Positions 1-7,522 of a stretch of 64,000 bases of DNA are shown here, in pieces. Within the stretch, counting starts at the first letter, position 1, and every line of letters starts with the position of its first letter. Below the pieces are notes generated by a model. The model made no database searches, had not been told where the DNA came from, and saw only the letters and a list, made by a program, of their open reading frames with translations. A program made the translations under genes and the position numbers. Origin of the DNA: Escherichia phage PC3; sequence record ON184125; one strand, given 5' to 3'.

Positions 1-9
1 CCAGAGTTA

Positions 10-1875
10 ATGTCGGACGCCAAATTTATTCAAACTGAAGATGACTACAAAGACTTCATCCGTGAATATTTCTATATGAAGAATGGCAACCTGAATTACC
101 AACTACTATCTTCACCCCTGTTGTCATCTTACCTTGGCGTAGACCCCCTCAAATATGCCAACCAGCACAACTCTGAAGAATCCGTGAACACCCGTGTATT
201 GGTCTGGTTACACGACGTCAAACCAACACCTTGTATCACCTGCGGTGCTAGAACTTCTGTCGAGATTAAGAAGTCTATCCCATCCTACCGGAAATATTGT
301 TCGGAGGAATGCTATGCCCAATCAATGAAGTTGGGTGGTGAAGCCCGTAAAGTCTTGGACAAGACAATACTGGACAAATATGGCGTGGAAAACGTGTTCC
401 AGGATGAATCCATAAAAGGGAAGGCACGGTTGACCATGCTGCAGCGTTTCGGCGTAGAACACATTATGCAGTCTGAAGAGGGGCGGCAGCTATTCAGAGA
501 TTCCGTTATGGAAAAATATGGGGTTGAGCACCCGATGCAGTTGGAAGAGATCAAACGGCGCGCATGGGATACCCTCGGTGCTCGGTCTTGGTATGCTACT
601 TCAGAAGGTAAAGCTGCGCGGGAGAAGGCATTTGGTGGATACCAAGGCGGTCATCCGATGCGTGACAGGGGTGTTATAGAGAAGATAATCTCAAACAATC
701 TCAAGCGGTATGGTGTTGAATGGCCTGCTCAAGACCCTGTTATCAAAGCTAAAGTTGTAGACACCATGTTGGAAAAATATGGTGTGTCCCACCCATTACA
801 AATACCAGAAGTGAAAGCCAGAGTCAAACAAAGTCACCAAACAAAGTACGGTAGATTCTATTTCAATAGACATGAGGTTATGTTATTGGCTTCGGAACGT
901 TCTAAAGAGACATGTGTTAGAAAATATGGTGTACCATATGCGTTGCAGAACAAATCCATGTGGGAACACATTACGTCATCCCTTAATTCGAAATCAAAAC
1001 CAGAAATAGAAATATCTGATTGGCTCACTTCAATGGGGGTTGCCCACAAATGCTCCGACTTCACCCTCCTAAACAATATGAATTGCCAGGACGGTGGAAC
1101 TCGACGCCAGATAGACATCTATTGCCCAGAACACAAACTGGCAATAGAATTTAATGGCCTGTATTGGCACAGTGAGATACACAAATATCGCCGTTATCAT
1201 CTCGAAAAGACAGAGGCATGTGAAGCACAAGGCGTTCAGCTGATACACATCTGGGAAGATGAGTGGCATAACAACCCAGAGATCGTGAAAGGGTTGCTGG
1301 CTGCCAAACTCGGGATCAAGAAGCCATCCGGGTACGCCCGTCAGTGTTATGTAGAGGAAGGTAAGAAGTCGGATATTCTAGAACTCCTGGCCTCTCAACA
1401 CATACAGGGCACCATTCATTCGGCCACGCATTACCTTCTCCTCAGAGATAAGAGAGACAACCGGGTTCGGGCTGTCATGACCTTTATCAAACGTGTGGTG
1501 AAGGGGGAACAGTGTATGGAACTTACGAGGTTTGCCTCCGACGGCATTCACGGGGCGTTCTCTAAACTGCTGGCGTACTACAAGGAACATCTCTGGGATG
1601 GCGTGAAGACTTTCTCCTTTGGCGATAGGTGTGTTGTTAGTCGGTTGTCCAACATTTACCTTTCTCACGGGTTCGTCGAGGAAGAAATACAAGACCCGGA
1701 TTACAAATATCACAAACCAGGGACTCTCATGCGGGAGCACAAGTTTGGATTCAGAAAGGCAGACTTTGCTCAGATGGGCTATGACGTAGAAGGTAAGACA
1801 GAAGATCAGTTAGCAACCGAAGCCGGGCTGGTCAGGATTTGGAATTGTGGACTGATCAAATATGTCTTGAACTAA
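10..1875 (+). CDS. Putative homing-type endonuclease: N-terminal tandem repeats plus C-terminal PD-(D/E)xK (DUF559/Vsr-like) nuclease domain
   Basis: 621-aa ORF; about 7 tandem ~33-aa repeats with KYGV-x-x-P-x-Q motif; C-terminal IDIYCPEHKLAIEFNGLYWHS...IHIWEDEW resembles restriction-endonuclease-like fold; no in-frame stop between window start and ATG at 10, so the 5' end may lie upstream. Confidence 0.5.
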   Translation: MSDAKFIQTEDDYKDFIREYFYMKNGNLNYQLLSSPLLSSYLGVDPLKYANQHNSEESVNTRVLVWLHDVKPTPCITCGARTSVEIKKSIPSYRKYCSEECYAQSMKLGGEARKVLDKTILDKYGVENVFQDESIKGKARLTMLQRFGVEHIMQSEEGRQLFRDSVMEKYGVEHPMQLEEIKRRAWDTLGARSWYATSEGKAAREKAFGGYQGGHPMRDRGVIEKIISNNLKRYGVEWPAQDPVIKAKVVDTMLEKYGVSHPLQIPEVKARVKQSHQTKYGRFYFNRHEVMLLASERSKETCVRKYGVPYALQNKSMWEHITSSLNSKSKPEIEISDWLTSMGVAHKCSDFTLLNNMNCQDGGTRRQIDIYCPEHKLAIEFNGLYWHSEIHKYRRYHLEKTEACEAQGVQLIHIWEDEWHNNPEIVKGLLAAKLGIKKPSGYARQCYVEEGKKSDILELLASQHIQGTIHSATHYLLLRDKRDNRVRAVMTFIKRVVKGEQCMELTRFASDGIHGAFSKLLAYYKEHLWDGVKTFSFGDRCVVSRLSNIYLSHGFVEEEIQDPDYKYHKPGTLMREHKFGFRKADFAQMGYDVEGKTEDQLATEAGLVRIWNCGLIKYVLN

Positions 1876-1883
1876 AAGAACAT

Positions 1884-1920
1884 TTCAATAACGGGGCGAG
1901 AGGTATTATTGCCCCGTCTA
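1884..1920. repeat. Copy 1 of a ~37-bp stem-loop element (ttcaataacggggcgagaggtattattgccccgtcta)
   Basis: GC stem acggggc/gccccgt with 13-nt loop; near-identical copy at 2145-2181; positions approximate. Confidence 0.5.
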
Positions 1921-1938
1921 TTAATCGAGGAAATCGCA

Positions 1939-2139
1939 ATGAGCCTGAAAGAAGATTCTGTAAACACCACAGTCGCCAACTCCACCTTCCGTGAGTGGCA
2001 CGACGTATTGTGTAAAGTCGCGAAAAGCCAGGGTGGTTCGGCCGCCGACGCCGACGCCTGGCGTGATGACTACGAAGCGGGCAAGACCCCGCGCCAGTCT
2101 TGGGAAGATGAATGGGGTTGGGAAGAACAAGAAGGATAA
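1939..2139 (+). CDS. Hypothetical small protein (66 aa)
   Basis: ORF 1909-2139 trimmed to internal ATG after GAGG; the upstream MPRLL codons are just the repeat element read in frame. Confidence 0.3.
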   Translation: MSLKEDSVNTTVANSTFREWHDVLCKVAKSQGGSAADADAWRDDYEAGKTPRQSWEDEWGWEEQEG

Positions 2140-2144
2140 CAGTT

Positions 2145-2181
2145 TTCAATAACGGGGTGAGAGGTATTATTGCCCCGTCTA
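2145..2181. repeat. Copy 2 of the ~37-bp stem-loop element
   Basis: ttcaataacggggtgagaggtattattgccccgtcta; one mismatch to copy 1. Confidence 0.5.
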
Positions 2182-2199
2182 CTATCCGAGGGTTGTACC

Positions 2200-2424
2200 A
2201 TGTACTTGAAAAAGATCGTGAAGAAGCCGAAAGCCGGTGTTGCCGAGGTGTGCCTCATCGAGGTTTACGTTGATTCTTGTAACAATGAGCAGTGTTACTT
2301 CATGGTCGACACGATGGTGTATGTGCCAGCCTCTCACCTGAACCGTGATTTCATCACAACCGAGAACATCGTCCGCTGGGAGATTGCAACGCAGTCCGAT
2401 ATCGACGAACACAACATTCTTTGA
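2200..2424 (+). CDS. Hypothetical small protein (74 aa)
   Basis: ORF 2170-2424 trimmed to ATG after GAGGG; follows second stem-loop copy. Confidence 0.3.
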   Translation: MYLKKIVKKPKAGVAEVCLIEVYVDSCNNEQCYFMVDTMVYVPASHLNRDFITTENIVRWEIATQSDIDEHNIL

Positions 2425-2441
2425 AAGGAAGGATCTATATC

Positions 2442-2885
2442 ATGTCAAAAGAGAAATACATTTTCATCAGTCCTGCCACGAAGGAGTTCTTCATCTCTGA
2501 CGTGAAAGACCGTGTTGAGAAGTTCCGCTACATGCGCAGCTATGGTCTGGCGTCTGGTGAGATCGATTACCAGTCCCTGGATAATGATCGCCAGGATCTG
2601 ATTGATGACGGCTGGCGTTTGGTCCCATCCCCTCAGTATATCCATATCAAGCTGTACTACATGAAGGACAGCGGGAAGTATTATTCTGAAGGTGAACTCG
2701 TCCTCAATCGTGGAGAGGCTGAAGCTGAACCTGCTAAGTCCTGGATGGAGACTATGGATAAAATCCGCTATCTGCTTGACTCAGGCAATTTGCCTGGTTT
2801 GGTTAAAGGTGCCCGGTACGAGGTCTTCGTGACCGGAGAAGGGCATCCAGGTGGGTATCCGGCGGCATTCCGCGTTAACAACTGA
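2442..2885 (+). CDS. Hypothetical protein (147 aa)
   Basis: ORF with AGGA + ctatatcATG initiation context; no recognisable motif. Confidence 0.5.
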   Translation: MSKEKYIFISPATKEFFISDVKDRVEKFRYMRSYGLASGEIDYQSLDNDRQDLIDDGWRLVPSPQYIHIKLYYMKDSGKYYSEGELVLNRGEAEAEPAKSWMETMDKIRYLLDSGNLPGLVKGARYEVFVTGEGHPGGYPAAFRVNN

Positions 2886-2893
2886 GGTTAAAC

Positions 2894-3130
2894 ATGATTA
2901 TCAAAAAGATCGGCGCAAGTCCTCTCACTGGTACTATATTCCAGGGCAGGTTGAACACCAAAACCAGCATGTGGGTTGGTGAGAAGACCGACGTGACAGA
3001 TGACTGCGTAGCAGCTGTAGCTGAACACTTGCGTCACATCAAGAAAGACTATTGCTTCCCAACGACGGATGGTAAGTTTCTGGTGCTGAGCGCCGAGGTT
3101 CACGACACCCTTCCTGATCGCTTCAAATAA
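2894..3130 (+). CDS. Hypothetical protein (78 aa)
   Basis: ORF preceded by GAGG. Confidence 0.45.
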   Translation: MIIKKIGASPLTGTIFQGRLNTKTSMWVGEKTDVTDDCVAAVAEHLRHIKKDYCFPTTDGKFLVLSAEVHDTLPDRFK

Positions 3131-3141
3131 ATTTTAAATTT

Positions 3142-3240
3142 ATTCAATAAACGGGGTTTAATTCTTCAATAAACCCCGTATACTTCATTCCATAAGCAGC
3201 ACAACACTGACTTGAAATGAAGGAACTATCACCACTCTCG
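3142..3240 (+). promoter_or_regulatory. Conserved intergenic element, copy A (stem-loop plus ~50-nt block tatacttcattccataagcag...acttgaa..ggaactat)
   Basis: Near-identical block recurs at about 36690-36741 and partly at about 49100-49152; TTCTTCAATA box upstream of TATACT; positions approximate. Confidence 0.4.
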
Positions 3241-3331
3241 TTACAAAGTAACATTGCAGCAATTTGTTCTAAACCTTTGAACAGGGTGTGTTAACCACAT
3301 ACCCTATTCCCTACAAATAGAGGACTTTATC

Positions 3332-3652
3332 ATGGCTAACAGCATCCCGATTTTAGAAGCGGTCGTAAAAGAGAACCCTCGTGCGCGCAAATCACGTCGC
3401 CGCCTGACCACCAAACTGGATATTCTGAAACAGAAGTTCGGCGACCACAGCGTGTTCACTCGCATTCGCAATGCAATAAAGGAAGGGCGAACTGAGCTGG
3501 AGCTATATCGACCGAACGGTTCGACACGCGCGTATCAGACCACTGACGGCTTACTGGAACTGATCCGCCTGAGCGGGATGACGATCGAACCTCGTTCGTC
3601 AGGTACTCCTCTGTGCTCCCTGTACGTAATCGGCAATCTTGGGGCGCTGTGA
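3332..3652 (+). CDS. Hypothetical basic protein (106 aa)
   Basis: ORF with AGAGGA SD-like sequence; Arg/Lys-rich N-terminus. Confidence 0.5.
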   Translation: MANSIPILEAVVKENPRARKSRRRLTTKLDILKQKFGDHSVFTRIRNAIKEGRTELELYRPNGSTRAYQTTDGLLELIRLSGMTIEPRSSGTPLCSLYVIGNLGAL

Positions 3653-3656
3653 TTCT

Positions 3657-4079
3657 ATGAAGAAGTATATCGTTCTCATTACGGGTTCCCGCTCAATCAC
3701 CGAGCGGGATAAGGTATTCGCCAAGCTGGACGAACTCTTGGATCCTCGTGAGGTCTATACACTGATTGAGGGTGAAGCCTCTGGTGTAGACAAGATTTGC
3801 CGTGATTGGGCTGAAATCAATTATGTTCATATCACTCCTATGCCAATACCTCCGAGCTATTATGAAAAGTATGGGAAAGGGATGGGCAACAAACGCAATC
3901 AGGACATGTTAGACAAGGCATTGGATCTCGTCAGACAGACCAAGCTGGAAGTGTATCCGATTGCGATGTGGGATGGTTCGTCCACTGGCACCCTGGACAT
4001 GATCAACCGTTGCAAGAAAGCTGGCCTCCCTGTGGATATCACTCTAATGGGTAAGCCGAAGACCAAGCGCCTTTTGTAA
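3657..4079 (+). CDS. SLOG-superfamily (DprA/LOG-like, DUF2493-like) Rossmann-fold protein
   Basis: Starts MKKYIVLITGSRSITERD; GSR-type glycine-rich motif and overall pattern as in phage YspA-like SLOG proteins; assignment from motif memory only. Confidence 0.45.
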   Translation: MKKYIVLITGSRSITERDKVFAKLDELLDPREVYTLIEGEASGVDKICRDWAEINYVHITPMPIPPSYYEKYGKGMGNKRNQDMLDKALDLVRQTKLEVYPIAMWDGSSTGTLDMINRCKKAGLPVDITLMGKPKTKRLL

Positions 4080-4119
4080 CATACCATAAATAATTGAATA
4101 CACACAGCGGAGATACATC

Positions 4120-4290
4120 ATGTTTGTCGTCATCAATCTGTTCTGTTATATCTTCACGGCGTACTTCTTGGGCGCGGTAGGGATCGAGACCTACAATGAC
4201 CTGAAGGATGGGGAATACGCCAACCGAATGGTTTATGTCAAGAAGTTTGTTCGTAAGTTCTGGTCCAACTTCGTTTACAAACTACCATGA
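4120..4290 (+). CDS. Hypothetical small membrane protein (56 aa)
   Basis: Unlisted short ORF MFVVINLFCYIFTAYFLGAVGI... after GGAG; hydrophobic N-terminus; stop overlaps next ATG. Confidence 0.3.
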   Translation: MFVVINLFCYIFTAYFLGAVGIETYNDLKDGEYANRMVYVKKFVRKFWSNFVYKLP

Positions 4291-4294
4291 TCCC

Positions 4295-4331
4295 TAAATA
4301 CCCCCATCATCCATGGGGGTATTTTCTTATG
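4295..4331 (+). promoter_or_regulatory. Hairpin cassette: TAAATA-containing 5' arm, SD-containing 3' arm (GGGGGTATTTTCTTATG), start codon
   Basis: Stem atacccccat/atgggggtat; 3' arm plus start almost identical to the endolysin cassette at 43204-43242. Confidence 0.45.
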
Positions 4332-5057
4332 AACGCACAGATCTATGACGCCCTATCACAGGGCAACGCCTTTACCAATCCTCTCCCGTCCCTCAGCAGC
4401 GCCTCACAGGGGTTAATCACCAGCGGTAAGGCGACTACAGAGTCACTGGCTAACACCGGAAATGCGCAGATTCAGGAAGCGCTGACGGCAGGTGGGTTGA
4501 CTACAGCCAAACTCAACGAATCTACAGCAATGTTCAACTCAGCCAACAACAGCATCACTACTTTGAACAACTATGGCGACCAGTCAGTGAAAGAGGCATA
4601 TTCCCGCATCGGTACATCTGTGTCGTATAAGTCCGCCCTGAAGTCTATAGGTCGAGAACCGAACAACTGTGATCTGATCAATAATGCATTTGGGGTTATT
4701 CAGAACCTCGGCAAACAGTGGATCAACACCATGCAAAGTGTTCTCACAACTATCACAAACAAGATGAATGAGCTGGCTGAGTTGGTAGCTCAGGGCGTCG
4801 GTGCTGGTCTTGATGCTATTCAGGCACTGGCTGCTGAAGTTACTCAGGCCATCGACACTGCTGTCGCATCAGTAGCCTCTATTGCTCAGGACATCACGAA
4901 CGGTATTGCAGCAGAGTTAGCCCATATCCAAGACATGGTTGGTAAGTGTCTTAACTTCTCTTTTGCCAACGTGATCTCAGAGTGGGCGAAAGATATCTGC
5001 GCCGGAGGTGTCATCAACAGCATTGGTTCCGATAATCTGAAGAACGCACTGAAGTAA
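4329..5057 (+). CDS. Hypothetical protein (242 aa), Ser/Thr/Ala/Asn-rich, likely late gene
   Basis: ORF 4287-5057 trimmed to ATG directly after hairpin cassette; no enzymatic motif. Confidence 0.45.
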   Translation: MNAQIYDALSQGNAFTNPLPSLSSASQGLITSGKATTESLANTGNAQIQEALTAGGLTTAKLNESTAMFNSANNSITTLNNYGDQSVKEAYSRIGTSVSYKSALKSIGREPNNCDLINNAFGVIQNLGKQWINTMQSVLTTITNKMNELAELVAQGVGAGLDAIQALAAEVTQAIDTAVASVASIAQDITNGIAAELAHIQDMVGKCLNFSFANVISEWAKDICAGGVINSIGSDNLKNALK

Positions 5058-5465
5058 TCAGTGCTCCCGCGCCGGAAGAACTCCCACTGGTTCGATGCCA
5101 TCCAACAGCAGGGAGTTCACACCCACATTACTCAGTCTGATCAAGATCGTTCCCCCTGGGTTAACTTCAAAGATACTCATCCCATTTCCAACCGCGTCGT
5201 TGTTAACGAACACGCCCTGAGTTGCGATTCGTACTGGTTTATCTGTGTCATTCATGATCTTGAACGTCACGATTATATCCGATGTTGTACCCAGTCGTCC
5301 AACCATGCGTTGCTTCAGCTTGGCGTAGAATGATGGATTAAAGGTGATAATGATGCTGTTGTTCTGAGAGTAATAAATACTTGCTGAAATGTATGGTATC
5401 TTCCCTTCATCGCCATGCCGCAGGAGAGGAATTGTGGTCTTCCAGTATGGCTTGAGGGTGCTCAT
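5058..5465 (-). CDS. Hypothetical protein (135 aa)
   Basis: C-terminal part of minus ORF 5058-5873 from internal ATG (MSTLKPYW...); the upstream part of that ORF is low-complexity and overlaps a better plus-strand frame. Confidence 0.4.
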   Translation of the reverse strand: MSTLKPYWKTTIPLLRHGDEGKIPYISASIYYSQNNSIIITFNPSFYAKLKQRMVGRLGTTSDIIVTFKIMNDTDKPVRIATQGVFVNNDAVGNGMSIFEVNPGGTILIRLSNVGVNSLLLDGIEPVGVLPAREH

Positions 5466-5523
5466 GTTCTCATCAAAGCAACCTAAAGGTACGAGTTTCT
5501 GGAAGGGCTGGAACTCTTGCACG

Positions 5524-6249
5524 ATGATGTCCAGCATACCCTTGTCACAAGTAGGAACGCTGGCCGACAACGTCACAGGTACAGTGCGCACTTCTGGGTT
5601 CCAGAATTCGGAAACAGAAATTATTGGCGTGACAAAGATGCGACAGCTCGTAAACAAGAGCATCGAGCATGCCAACAACAATCTACTGATCCCGCGCATC
5701 AGGGTCACAAAATATCTCCACAGCAAAGGTGCTATTATGTCCAACGTACAATTCAAGAACGAAAACCCTAATTTCGCGGCGTCCGATAAGTGGCGTCTGA
5801 CTATCGGAGACCTTATACTCCTAACCCGTAACATACACGACTTCAGTATACCAGGAGTGTACTCCGAAGGCATCGATGGTCCGTCTCCTGGTGACGTGTT
5901 GGTTTCTATACCTTCAGAGCGTTTAACCTATGACCCCGTCGTATTTACTTTCGTTATAGACGAGGACTGGAAATCATGGTTACAGATCCACCAATGGATT
6001 ACCAGCAACGTCGGCAAGGATTTGCCTGTCAGCAAGGACATTACCATTGAATTGCTGGATAACCTCAACCGACCGATTGGCCTCACTCTCGTGCTGGAGG
6101 AAGCCCGCCCGACTGCTTTGGACAACGTACTGGTGGACGTAGACGCGGCTGTACCTCAGCTGGTGACGACAGTGACCTTCAAGTTCCAACAGCTGGTTCC
6201 ACTATCTGGTGGGAAGGCGATTGATTCTAATCCGCAAAATGCGGTATAA
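5524..6249 (+). CDS. Hypothetical protein (241 aa)
   Basis: ORF 5389-6249 trimmed to MMSSIPLSQ... so it does not overlap the minus-strand gene; start uncertain. Confidence 0.4.
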   Translation: MMSSIPLSQVGTLADNVTGTVRTSGFQNSETEIIGVTKMRQLVNKSIEHANNNLLIPRIRVTKYLHSKGAIMSNVQFKNENPNFAASDKWRLTIGDLILLTRNIHDFSIPGVYSEGIDGPSPGDVLVSIPSERLTYDPVVFTFVIDEDWKSWLQIHQWITSNVGKDLPVSKDITIELLDNLNRPIGLTLVLEEARPTALDNVLVDVDAAVPQLVTTVTFKFQQLVPLSGGKAIDSNPQNAV

Positions 6250-6279
6250 TTCTATGACATTGACAAGCTGGGATATTTT

Positions 6280-6732
6280 ATGAAAGAACAACTACAGACA
6301 ATGGCTACCGAGGACATCATGAACGAACTGGAGCCGCTGATCACAGTGGACCCAGAAGACATGAACCTTGACCAGATCTCACTGAAAATCGGGCGCTCTT
6401 GGATGGCTGTGCAGCGGCATTATCTGCGCGAGGGACGTTATCTTGAATTTCTCAACGGGCGCTTCCGCCAAATCGATCTCTATCTGCGCCGCTACTATGC
6501 AGGGGAGTTACCCCCTAACATCTACGCAGATCGCCCCCTGAAGGTTCGCCCCCTGAAGTCTGACCTAGATACATGGGTCAAAGCAGACGATGACTATGTG
6601 GAGTTGTCTGTTCTGTTACAAGAACAAAAAGCAAAAGTCAAGTTCATAGAGACTTGTTTGGATCGCCTAAACAAACTGGGATACGAAGTGAAAAATGCTA
6701 TTGAGTGGAGAAAATATATTGATGGTGTATAA
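6280..6732 (+). CDS. UvsY-like recombination mediator (tentative)
   Basis: 150 aa; YYAG motif and C-terminal C..LD..G..K.I pattern resemble T4 UvsY; lies two genes upstream of a UvsW-like helicase. Confidence 0.4.
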   Translation: MKEQLQTMATEDIMNELEPLITVDPEDMNLDQISLKIGRSWMAVQRHYLREGRYLEFLNGRFRQIDLYLRRYYAGELPPNIYADRPLKVRPLKSDLDTWVKADDDYVELSVLLQEQKAKVKFIETCLDRLNKLGYEVKNAIEWRKYIDGV

Positions 6733-6747
6733 CGAGGATCACACATA

Positions 6748-7494
6748 ATGGCATCTCTCCAGGATCTACGCAAGCTGAATGACTTCGAAAACCGTCATTA
6801 CACATTTCAGCAATACGAACTTCCTCATAAGGAACTGGAGTGTGTTACGACGGAGAATGGTCGTCATTACGTTTCACCGTCTGGTGTAAAACTGACATCC
6901 GTCACGACTATGCTGGGACGCACTGGAGATCATGAATGGCTTGAGTCTTGGAGGAAGAAGCTGGGCGCAGAGGCCGCTGATCTTGAGACCATGCGCTGTG
7001 CTGACCGAGGGGAGAAGCTGCACCTTGCGTGTGAACTGTATCTAAAGAACCGCCCAATGAAAGAAGTGTTGGAAGCGGCTGGCGAATACATGTTCATGTT
7101 CAAGCAGCTGTTCCCTTACCTGAACAAGATGACAAAGATCTATGCTCAGGAGATCCCATTATATAGCGAGGTGCTTGGTCTTGCAGGTCGTGTAGACCTT
7201 ATCGGGGTTTATGAGGGTAAACCTGCTGTCATCGACTTCAAGACATCGAACACCATGAAGACGCGGGGCATGATCGAGGATTACAGTATCCAGCTGTGCT
7301 TATATTCGGTCATGTTCCAGCAGATGTTCGGCGTCAAGATCACCCGCCTCATCAACGTTATTGCCAACGAGTCTTCCCCTCTACCAACCGTCATTGAGTT
7401 CAACCGTGATGACATTCTGACAAAGATGTTTGAGCGTGTTCGTCTGTATCATCGCATGGATAAAGAACAAAACGGAGTCTGGTCGGATCACTAA
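6748..7494 (+). CDS. PD-(D/E)xK family nuclease (RecB/Cas4-like exonuclease fold)
   Basis: Motif RVDLIGVYEGKPAVIDFKTSN typical of PD-(D/E)xK nucleases. Confidence 0.55.
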   Translation: MASLQDLRKLNDFENRHYTFQQYELPHKELECVTTENGRHYVSPSGVKLTSVTTMLGRTGDHEWLESWRKKLGAEAADLETMRCADRGEKLHLACELYLKNRPMKEVLEAAGEYMFMFKQLFPYLNKMTKIYAQEIPLYSEVLGLAGRVDLIGVYEGKPAVIDFKTSNTMKTRGMIEDYSIQLCLYSVMFQQMFGVKITRLINVIANESSPLPTVIEFNRDDILTKMFERVRLYHRMDKEQNGVWSDH

Positions 7495-7522
7495 ATACCC
7501 CATAATCCTTGGGAGATTTTGT

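Noticed and set aside
5061-5333. 90-aa plus-strand ORF
   Set aside because: Overlaps the more convincing minus-strand 135-aa ORF; no SD
5466-5873. N-terminal extension of minus ORF 5058-5873
   Set aside because: Cys/Arg-rich low-complexity translation that overlaps a more protein-like plus-strand frame; only the C-terminal 135 codons were kept as a gene, and that call is itself uncertain
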